From Candidatus Saccharimonadota bacterium (lineage in GTDB: Bacteria; Patescibacteriota; Saccharimonadia; Saccharimonadales; Saccharimonadaceae), in the NCBI RefSeq assembly GCF_025273655.1, contig NZ_CP045921.1:570001-602000 (forward strand): DNA of 32,000 nucleotides. The letters run 5' to 3'. Positions 25,437 through 32,000 of this stretch are shown in pieces (positions within the stretch are counted from its first letter, which is position 1; each line of letters starts with the position of its first letter). The notes below the pieces were generated by a model. That model had not been told where the DNA came from. It made no database searches and was given only the letters and a program-made list of their open reading frames with translations. Made by a program: the position numbers and the translations under genes.

Positions 25437-25451
25437 CCGCCACATCTGCGT
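25437..25451 (-). repeat. Exact 15-nt copy of the tRNA-Leu(CAG) 5' end (ACGCAGATGTGGCGG), 103 nt upstream of the tRNA
   Basis: Identical to 25334-25348. Followed by degenerate tRNA-like sequence AATTGTAGACACGCAGCGCTTAAGTCC. Confidence 0.85.
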
Positions 25452-25462
25452 GCGACCCTCCA

Positions 25463-25491
25463 ACTATACTTGATTTGAGGGGATTTTTCAA
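25463..25491 (-). promoter_or_regulatory. Promoter TTGAAA-17-TATAGT driving the tRNA-Leu(CAG) leader
   Basis: TTGAAA at 25486-25491, TATAGT at 25463-25468. The upstream repeat copy starts 11 nt after the -10. Confidence 0.55.
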
Positions 25492-25513
25492 GGAAGGTGT
25501 ACTGCTGTATATC

Positions 25514-27166
25514 CTAGCTAGTGCTGGAGAAGTCTGCGAAGTCGATACCATCGTACCCAGTACGTAGATGAGCAACAACACTCCGCAGTTCTGTTGGCTC
25601 TTTGACGCCAGCATTGAGCGTAGTATACGGATCAAACACTGCACGCAGTGAGCTGAACATATCCGCCAAGCGCGAATCACTACGCTTGTCGATAAACGGC
25701 GTCTTGAGGCGACCCTCACCCGCCTCAGCTACCACAGAGCCACCGTGATCATACACTACTTTAGTAAACGCGTCATATAGCTTGAAAAGTTTTTGTTTGT
25801 CGGTAGCTCCACGAAATGTAAATTGTGGCCAAAAGCTATAGACACCATCTGTTGCAAAACCGCTATATGGCAGGTGGATACCAGTAGTCTTTTCGAGCAG
25901 AGCGAGGGCATCATGGAATTCGGCAAACCGATCATGAGGTATATAGACACCACGAAACAGCGAGGGTACGACGCCTGCTTTTTCTTCGGAATAAACGGCA
26001 GAATACACCACACCGCGGAGGCTTACAAGTTCACGGACCAAATCGGGTTTCTCGGCTGTTTCCATGACAGCACCGTATTTCTCAACTAGCTTCTTGATCT
26101 TCTTTAGTTTCTTTTTGCGGACACGGTCGCTAAAATCCTGGATTGTACAAAGTATCAAACCTGCGACGACACTTGGAGAACCAGATTCGCCGTCGAGCTG
26201 CGCAAAGATAGAATATTTCTTGCCATGTTCTCGTGCAAGTGTGGCGAGTGGACCGTCAAACACCTCGATAGCATCCGGCTCGACAGCGCGCAGTTCATCC
26301 ACCAAGTCGACAAAGTTATTGGCGTCTGGCACAGCGATAGTCGCCACGGATGTTTCAGCGTTGTAAAACTCAGCTTTCAGAATCATCTCGGATATGACAC
26401 CGAGTGTGCCCTGTGCACCGACAAAAAGCGGCGTCAGGTCAAACGAACCATTTTTTTGTTTGACCTTGGCAAGGTTAGCATAGCCGACATTATTGATCGC
26501 GCCGGTATTAAGCTGCTCGTCGATCAGTTCTGTATTGTCTTCGATGAGATTGTCGATACTACGGTAGATCTCACCCTCAAGTGTCTGAAGACCTTTTTTC
26601 TTGCCCAGCTCTTTCTTGCTGAGACGCTTCGTTTGGATCACGTCGCCATTTGTAAGTACAACTTCCAGCTCGGCGACGCTTTCATCTATCGCCCCGTGTC
26701 GACCACTTAAGCGACCACTGGCGTTATTGGCCACTGCGCCACCGATCGTGCTGTACTCATATGAGTCTGGAAATGCCGGAACATGATAGCCCTGGAGTTT
26801 CAACGCTGTCTGCAATGCACCGAAATTAGCACCCGGCTGCACACGCACGAGGCGCTGTTTACTGTCAAATTCAAAGATTTGATTCATATGTGCCGTGGTA
26901 TTGACCACGATACCCTGGGTGATAGCCGCCCCAGTCTGATCTGTACCACTGCCGCGTGCCGTCACACTGATAGCATGACCTTTGCCCGCCAGCTGGTGAG
27001 TGAAGCGTAGTACCTTGCGAATGTCGTTGGTAACTCTGGGGTATGCGACGATTTCTGGCGTGAGTGTGAGCATGCTTGCGTCTGTAGAGAGCTCGCGTCG
27101 CACGGCCGCGTTCGTCGTCACCTCGCCAAGTAGGTGCTCGTTCAGGTACTGGGAAATCTTACTCAT
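25514..27166 (-). CDS. FAD-linked oxidase/dehydrogenase (GlcD / D-lactate dehydrogenase family)
   Basis: 550 aa with an N-terminal FAD-binding PCMH-type region (RGSGTDQTGAAI) and a C-terminal FAD-oxidase domain. AAGAGGA SD. Confidence 0.9.
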   Translation of the reverse strand: MSKISQYLNEHLLGEVTTNAAVRRELSTDASMLTLTPEIVAYPRVTNDIRKVLRFTHQLAGKGHAISVTARGSGTDQTGAAITQGIVVNTTAHMNQIFEFDSKQRLVRVQPGANFGALQTALKLQGYHVPAFPDSYEYSTIGGAVANNASGRLSGRHGAIDESVAELEVVLTNGDVIQTKRLSKKELGKKKGLQTLEGEIYRSIDNLIEDNTELIDEQLNTGAINNVGYANLAKVKQKNGSFDLTPLFVGAQGTLGVISEMILKAEFYNAETSVATIAVPDANNFVDLVDELRAVEPDAIEVFDGPLATLAREHGKKYSIFAQLDGESGSPSVVAGLILCTIQDFSDRVRKKKLKKIKKLVEKYGAVMETAEKPDLVRELVSLRGVVYSAVYSEEKAGVVPSLFRGVYIPHDRFAEFHDALALLEKTTGIHLPYSGFATDGVYSFWPQFTFRGATDKQKLFKLYDAFTKVVYDHGGSVVAEAGEGRLKTPFIDKRSDSRLADMFSSLRAVFDPYTTLNAGVKEPTELRSVVAHLRTGYDGIDFADFSSTS

Positions 27167-27266
27167 CTACCATCCTCTTTTTCTAAGCTTTACCTCTATG
27201 ATACCATACCTGTCGAGCCACAAGGTCCATTTTGCATATGACTAGAGCTATGATAGTATAAATAGG

Positions 27267-27283
27267 CTACGCGGATGTGGTGG
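27267..27283 (+). repeat. Exact 17-nt copy of the tRNA-Leu(UAG) 5' end (CTACGCGGATGTGGTGG), 101 nt upstream of the tRNA-like sequence
   Basis: Identical to 27368-27384. Preceded by a TAGTAT/TATAAA -10-like box at 27254-27262. Confidence 0.85.
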
Positions 27284-27371
27284 CTGCGTAAAACGTAAAT
27301 CATGAGTAGGCACGCTGCGTGTCGAATATGATTGCCTAGATTGCGTACACCCTAATCGTACAAAACACTAC

Positions 27372-27413
27372 GCGGATGTGGTGGAATTGGTAGACACGCT
27401 AGCCTTAGGAGCT
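27372..27413 (+). pseudogene. tRNA-Leu (anticodon UAG), 5' half only, truncated after the anticodon loop
   Basis: GCGGATGTGGTGGAATTGGTAGACACGCTAGCCTTAGGAGCT matches the tRNA-Leu acceptor, D-arm and anticodon loop (TAG at 27406-27408). No variable arm, T-arm or 3' acceptor follows. Confidence 0.6.
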
Positions 27414-27461
27414 TGCGAGTAAAACCATCTTTAATTTTGAAATAACAGGGGTAAAACCCAT

Positions 27462-27499
27462 AAAAATAGGAGTACATTTTGCGATGTACTCCTATTTTT
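27462..27499. terminator. Bidirectional intrinsic terminator (AAAAA-stem-loop-stem-TTTTT)
   Basis: 11-bp stem TAGGAGTACAT/ATGTACTCCTA (27467-27477 / 27484-27494) flanked by A5 and T5. Lies just downstream of the integrase stop. Confidence 0.75.
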
Positions 27500-27545
27500 G
27501 ACTCCTACGGTATCACAGTGCCACAGGGTACGGCACATATTGCGG

Positions 27546-28661
27546 CTAGCTATACACCCCTGCGATCTCGGTAATCGCCATACTGCGTTGCTGTTCTGTG
27601 CTATGCGTGTACACCTGAAGTGTCGTTGTGATCGACTTGTGCCCAAGGATATTCTGTGCTGTCTTTGGTGATATTCCCCTCTGGTGCAATAGTGTCGTAA
27701 CTGTGTGGCGTATTTCATGGAGTGTGATGCGTGGCAGTTCAAGCCAGTCGGATATCTTATGAAAGAGCTGGATAAGAGTGCGTCCATCGACGGGGTTGCC
27801 CCTTCCGCTGAGATACAAGAACTCATGTGCCGCAGGATCGCCACGTCTCTCGCGCTCAGCAAGTAACTCATCACGTACGACGCGCGGCATCGCAAGGACA
27901 CGCCGACTCTCGAGCGTTTTTAGCTCGCCAACGTGTTGTATATGCCCAACATAATATACCTGTTGGCGAATACGGATGAGGTCATTATCAAAGTCTACAT
28001 CACCCCAAGTTAGCCCTGTTGCTTCACCTCGCCGTAAGCCAAAACAGAAGAATATGAGAAACAGTCCGTAGTAGCGGTGCTCCTCAATCGCAGTAAGAAA
28101 TATCCGTGCTTGCTCGGCCGTCCATACATGACGTTGCCTTGTCACGTGCTTTGGCGGGTCGACAAGGCGCACCACGTTACGATGTACGTACTCAAGCTTC
28201 ATCGCATCACGTAACGCAGCTGAGAGGACGTTACGCGCAATCTGCTGGCTTCTTGTTCCCATACCTTTCCTATCCCACGCAACGAGCATGCGACGTACAT
28301 GGTCGGGCTTAAGCCCTATCAGCGACACTTTGCCAATTTCAGGTATGATATTCTTATCGACATGACACCGATGAAGCTCAAGAGTACTGTCTTTGACATT
28401 CCGTGGGTGGATTTCAGTTATCCAGTAATTGAGCCAATCTTCGACCGAGCGTCGTTCATGGCTTAGCGCAAGACCCTTGTCTGCTTTTGCCATTTCATCG
28501 CGCATTCGTCGCATTACTTCATCTCTATCTTTCAGCGTAATATGCTGACGTCTTCGTTCGCCGCTTGGCAAGGTTATATAGAACCTTGCCATCCAGCGCC
28601 CGTCCGGTCTTTGGGTGAGGGAACCCTCACCGTTCCCTCGTTTATATGATCTAGTAGCCAT
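27546..28661 (-). CDS. int: Tyrosine-type site-specific recombinase (integrase)
   Basis: 371 aa with an N-terminal SAM-like domain and a catalytic region carrying LRRGE (Arg), HEIRHTV (HxxR) and GHKSITTTLQVYTH (Tyr). GAGGTGAGAGG SD. Confidence 0.93.
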   Translation of the reverse strand: MATRSYKRGNGEGSLTQRPDGRWMARFYITLPSGERRRQHITLKDRDEVMRRMRDEMAKADKGLALSHERRSVEDWLNYWITEIHPRNVKDSTLELHRCHVDKNIIPEIGKVSLIGLKPDHVRRMLVAWDRKGMGTRSQQIARNVLSAALRDAMKLEYVHRNVVRLVDPPKHVTRQRHVWTAEQARIFLTAIEEHRYYGLFLIFFCFGLRRGEATGLTWGDVDFDNDLIRIRQQVYYVGHIQHVGELKTLESRRVLAMPRVVRDELLAERERRGDPAAHEFLYLSGRGNPVDGRTLIQLFHKISDWLELPRITLHEIRHTVTTLLHQRGISPKTAQNILGHKSITTTLQVYTHSTEQQRSMAITEIAGVYS

Positions 28662-28947
28662 AGTTGCCTCTCACCTCGCTTTCTTCCTCTAGCTTTATGA
28701 TGTACTCCTCAAGGGCGTGTACGCTTATGAGCCTACGATTGCCAATCTTTACGCTCTTTATGGCATTCGAGCGTAGTAGCTGGAAAAGCATCCAGTCACC
28801 GATGCCTAGTATTTCTTTTGCCTCTTTTAGGCTCAGAAGTTGCATCTTCAGCTGGTGTCTCCCGTTCGCAGCACTTACATTAACGCTTCCTTTGCTATCG
28901 AAGTCCAGTGGATAATGGGAGTCGTTTCGGGAGTCGTTTTTATTCAT
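28651..28947 (-). CDS. xis: Excisionase-family (MerR-like) helix-turn-helix DNA-binding protein
   Basis: LLSLKEAKEILGIGDWMLFQLLRSNAIKSVKIGNRRLISVHALEEYI matches the HTH_17/excisionase pattern. GGAGGT 5 nt upstream. Overlaps int by 11 nt. Confidence 0.75.
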   Translation of the reverse strand: MNKNDSRNDSHYPLDFDSKGSVNVSAANGRHQLKMQLLSLKEAKEILGIGDWMLFQLLRSNAIKSVKIGNRRLISVHALEEYIIKLEEESEVRGNYGY

Positions 28948-29821
28948 AGGTTACCTCCGTTAGTTTGCCTAGTTTACCCTCAGCCACAAGGCTCGGCAGT
29001 TCCTGTGGTGTTATGACAATGAATGGCTGTCCAACCGCGAAATCGGGGAAATTCTCGGCAATATGGCGTTTGAGGGATTCCCGACGCTTTATGGTCGGAA
29101 CGACCCACAGAACCGCTGGAAACTGCCCACAGCACCATCCATCTTGGCTATCCTGCGTACAGATCAGGTAGTCGAGGTACATGTTGCACTTGGCAATGAT
29201 GCGAACGGGTGCCTCTGTGTTGCAGTCCACCTCGATGAACCAGTGGTGTTCTAGCTGCCCACGAGTGGTAACAGCGTACATATCTGGTCTGAGACTGGTA
29301 GCGACACCGGCACGGTTGGTATAGTAGCGCCAACTTTTCTCCTCGATCACCGCATCCTTAAGCTGCACTTGCTCATGCTTGTCGGCAATGTGCTTCAGGA
29401 TGAGCTTGGTGTCGTTGATCGCCATACGGTGTGCCGCAAAGGTAAAGGTCGGAGCCTTGAACGGCTTCTTGGATTCGTTGGTTTCGATACGCCTGAGTTT
29501 TTCAAGTGTATCGTGACCAAGCTTCGCAAGATGCCAGATGTTTGGCTCTGCGCCGTGGTAGACGCCACCGACCCGTCCAGGCTGCAAGGCGATGAGATTC
29601 ATGCCATGCAGCTTATTCAGCCGCAAGGTGACATTCCGTACACTCGACTTAAATAGTCTGGTTGGTGTATGGATGAACTTGGCAACTTGCTGGGTTGAGA
29701 GGAACTTGTGTTCGGCAAGGAGGTGGAGCAAGAGAACTTCTTTGCCATCAAGGGCAATCCGCTTCTTACCAATCTTGACGATTGTTCCTGCTGGGTAGTT
29801 GTCTGGGATTAGCGTGTCCAT
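28940..29821 (-). CDS. Replication-relaxation family protein
   Basis: N-terminal winged-helix-like segment (LLHLLAEHKFLSTQQVAKFI ... RLNKL), LRPDMYAV, and FIEVDCNTE with IIAKCNMYLDY. This layout is typical of Replic_Relax proteins. AGGAGGTG SD. Confidence 0.65.
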   Translation of the reverse strand: MDTLIPDNYPAGTIVKIGKKRIALDGKEVLLLHLLAEHKFLSTQQVAKFIHTPTRLFKSSVRNVTLRLNKLHGMNLIALQPGRVGGVYHGAEPNIWHLAKLGHDTLEKLRRIETNESKKPFKAPTFTFAAHRMAINDTKLILKHIADKHEQVQLKDAVIEEKSWRYYTNRAGVATSLRPDMYAVTTRGQLEHHWFIEVDCNTEAPVRIIAKCNMYLDYLICTQDSQDGWCCGQFPAVLWVVPTIKRRESLKRHIAENFPDFAVGQPFIVITPQELPSLVAEGKLGKLTEVTYE

Positions 29822-32000
29822 GATGCACCTCCTGCTGCCGCGCCAGTGGATTGACGTACCTCGTTAAGAGGTACAGTCAGCTGGCTCTTGGGGTGACGTT
29901 CGGAGGTTGTTGACCCCTTAGCACCACTAGTGGAATGATTGGTGGTTCGATAGTCCTCCATGACGGTTCTGAGCAGCCTCATGCCCTTATCCAAAGCGGC
30001 AGTATCCTTGGCGTTTTTGGCAGGCTGTGGATGGGCTGCCGGTTCAGGCGTCTGAGCTAGCACATTCGTGATGGTTGCTTTCTTGACGACGCTCGCAATG
30101 TCGTCATTAATACCAACCGACTGACGAATAGCCTCATCGATCTGCTCCGCTGGGCGACCGTAGATGCCAAGGCTGAATCGCTTGAATTTCTCAACGTTAT
30201 TAATGACCTTTGGTGCAGGATTCGTCGTGGCACTGAGCCAGACCTTTTGCCCTACGCAGAGTGTTTGCACGTACACCTGATGCCGCGGCAGATACTTGAA
30301 GTCGTCTGCCGATAGGATGCCCGTCATGTTGGCAATCGTGCGTGCGTCTGGGTCGTTGAGCGTAAATACCACTTTGTTGGCAACGTTGGAATCAATACCA
30401 GCTAGCAACTCTTTATCCCTAACCTGATCGCGGTACTGGTGTGCTAGCGTAAAGCCGACCTTGTAACTCCTCGCTTGGCTGAGTGCGTCAGATATGTTGA
30501 TCGGTAGTGCAAGATAGTCCTGCATCTCATCGACATATACCTTGACCACTGGTCGTTGGTTTTCTGGAATCGCACCTTGTCCTTGTGTGAGCGACCAAAC
30601 CTGCGACAGGATGAGCGAGCCGAGGAACCGTGCACTGGTATTGCCGAGCTTGGCTTTGTTGAGCGATACCAGCACTATCTTGTTCTTCGTAAATAGATCG
30701 CTCAAGTTAAAGTTCGGCTCTGGTTGTCCAACGGTGCGTAGGAGCGGCTTTCGCGTCAGCACCGTACGAAGCTTGTTCATCAGCGGTGCCGTGATCTCTT
30801 GCTGCTTGTTGGGCGTGAGCGCCTCGTACTGTTTCCAGAATGAGCCAAGTCCCATTGGATCGTCTCTGCTCACTTCCTCAACCAGCTTCTTGCGAAACGT
30901 TGGGTTATACAGCAGGGCTGGTAGCATCGATAGCGTGACGTCGTTGGTCGTCCGCATCAGGGTGAGCAGTGCGTTGGACAATATATCCTCGGTTCGCTGC
31001 CCCCACGAACTGGCGAATATCTCCCGTAGTACTGCAAGCATGGCATCGGCTGCAAGGTCGGGATCTCCACCACCGGCCAGTGAATTAATACTCACGATAT
31101 TATCTGCCGTCGGGTCAATATACACCACGTCCTTAGCTCGCTTCGGGTTCATGCGAGCTAAGATATCCGAGTTCAGGTCGTCTTTCGGGTCAATCACCAG
31201 CACACCGCGATTCTCATCGATGTCGTTTAAGATCATGTTGAGCATGGTGGTGCTTTTACCGACACCAGTTGGTCCGAGTAGGAGCGTGTGCTGTAACGAT
31301 GCCTGCTCCGAGATACCGAGGGGTATCTTTTTGCTTGGATCGTTCGTCACCGCAAAGCTCTTCTCGGATGCTGGCATCAGGGACGGTGTCCGTAGCACAA
31401 TCGGGTGCAGCGGTGGCACCGCAGGCAGGTTCTCCTCGCCATACGGGATTCCCATCAGGCAGGATACCTCTTGGCTAGACAGCATATGCGTCCACTTGCG
31501 TGGTCGGGTCAGGTTTTGCAACTGTTCGATGCAATCCTTGCCACGCAGTCGAATACTCGCTCCGTGGGCTTCCATCATGGCAAGTCCACTGCGAACTTGC
31601 TCGAGTAACCACCAGCCACGAATGGTGTCTGGTGCAACGGCTCCGATGCGAACTTCCGTAAAGAAGCCGTGCATGTTGTGCCGTCGTTGCAGCCCAGCAT
31701 GAATGTCTGCTGCCATCGGGATGACGCCCCCGATAAAAACAGATGCACCGCTTTGGCGTGGGTCACGCAGTGTCTTTGGTACCGTGTATGGCACAGTACG
31801 CTTGCCGAGCATGACCTGTAGCACAAGCCCCTCACCACCACGGACATTTGCCATTGCAGTGAGGATGCTACGGGTGATTTGGCTAATACGGTCAGGGTTC
31901 AATGCCATATCTGGGTGTCCCATCTCGACCGAGTCGGCTACCATGAGTCGTGGTCGCAAAGGTTTGGTGTCTTTCGGCAGGATACGGCTTAAGGTCGTTC
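29809..32000 (-). CDS. Conjugative DNA-transfer ATPase, type IV coupling protein-like (VirD4/TraD/TraG family); probably 5'-truncated by the window
   Basis: Walker A GPTGVGKST and Walker B VVKVYVDEMQDY. The track start is TTG 31959, but the frame is open to position 32000 and neither TTG 31959 nor ATG 31944 has an SD. Confidence 0.8.
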   Translation of the reverse strand, partial: TTLSRILPKDTKPLRPRLMVADSVEMGHPDMALNPDRISQITRSILTAMANVRGGEGLVLQVMLGKRTVPYTVPKTLRDPRQSGASVFIGGVIPMAADIHAGLQRRHNMHGFFTEVRIGAVAPDTIRGWWLLEQVRSGLAMMEAHGASIRLRGKDCIEQLQNLTRPRKWTHMLSSQEVSCLMGIPYGEENLPAVPPLHPIVLRTPSLMPASEKSFAVTNDPSKKIPLGISEQASLQHTLLLGPTGVGKSTTMLNMILNDIDENRGVLVIDPKDDLNSDILARMNPKRAKDVVYIDPTADNIVSINSLAGGGDPDLAADAMLAVLREIFASSWGQRTEDILSNALLTLMRTTNDVTLSMLPALLYNPTFRKKLVEEVSRDDPMGLGSFWKQYEALTPNKQQEITAPLMNKLRTVLTRKPLLRTVGQPEPNFNLSDLFTKNKIVLVSLNKAKLGNTSARFLGSLILSQVWSLTQGQGAIPENQRPVVKVYVDEMQDYLALPINISDALSQARSYKVGFTLAHQYRDQVRDKELLAGIDSNVANKVVFTLNDPDARTIANMTGILSADDFKYLPRHQVYVQTLCVGQKVWLSATTNPAPKVINNVEKFKRFSLGIYGRPAEQIDEAIRQSVGINDDIASVVKKATITNVLAQTPEPAAHPQPAKNAKDTAALDKGMRLLRTVMEDYRTTNHSTSGAKGSTTSERHPKSQLTVPLNEVRQSTGAAAGGASWTR

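Larger units (their letters stand above)
27414..32000 (-). mobile_element. Left part of an integrated mobilizable/conjugative element inserted in tRNA-Leu(UAG)
   Basis: A tightly overlapping minus-strand operon (T4CP-like, Replic_Relax, xis, int) abuts the truncated tRNA. The right end is not in the window. Confidence 0.8.

Noticed and set aside
25429-25719. 96-aa minus-strand ORF spanning the oxidase 3' end and the tRNA leader/promoter.
   Set aside because: It overlaps the well-supported oxidase gene in another frame and runs across the promoter and repeat of the tRNA leader. No SD.
27431-27901. 156-aa ORF overlapping the 3' part of the integrase gene in another frame. Similarly 30542-31702, a 386-aa ORF antisense to the ATPase gene.
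   Set aside because: They overlap motif-supported genes, and they have no translation signals and low-complexity Ser/Arg-rich products.
27372-28661. Group I intron or intron-split tRNA-Leu as the explanation for the interrupted tRNA.
   Set aside because: The sequence after the break is an AT-rich spacer, a bidirectional terminator and an oppositely oriented integrase operon, not an intron-like structured RNA. No 3' exon is found in the window.
1-32000. CRISPR arrays, rRNA genes and transposase/IS elements.
   Set aside because: No regularly spaced direct repeats, no rRNA-like sequence and no transposase-like ORF or terminal inverted repeats were seen. The only mobile genes are those of the tRNA-associated element.

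Overview
Gene-dense bacterial chromosome segment of roughly 50% GC by eye, mostly minus-strand. It carries a core information-processing set (rpoB-rpoC, rpsL-rpsG, fusA, tig, clpP, hisS) interrupted by small accessory insertions, then two divergent tRNA-Leu loci flanking an FAD-linked oxidase. From about 27.4 kb an integrated mobile element runs off the right edge: tyrosine integrase, excisionase-type HTH, replication-relaxation protein and a VirD4/TraD-like ATPase. An LPXTG sortase substrate and a GtrA protein indicate a Gram-positive-type envelope. Divergent EF-G and S12 sequences and the compact layout fit a reduced-genome lineage such as Saccharibacteria/CPR or an actinobacteria-related group, but this cannot be settled without a database search. 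No rRNA genes or CRISPR arrays were seen. Main observations: (1) between tig and clpP, two tandem ATGA-coupled pairs of small SD-preceded ORFs (84+63 aa, 57+43 aa; two fall below the ORF-track cutoff), each behind a TATAGT box and an identical CTCTCGGCTC leader 10-mer, with the motif complement in a hairpin after the second pair; (2) a candidate His-codon leader peptide plus terminator upstream of hisS with classical attenuator topology; (3) about 11 start codons with a -10 box only 6-9 nt upstream and no SD, suggesting leaderless mRNAs, whereas all mobile-element genes use strong GGAGG-type SDs; (4) both tRNA-Leu loci sit behind about 100-nt leaders that begin with an exact copy of the tRNA 5' end; (5) the tRNA-Leu(UAG) copy loses tRNA identity after the anticodon loop, exactly where the element begins; (6) a split str operon and an S12 carrying a 13-aa insertion and Pro at the streptomycin-resistance position K87.
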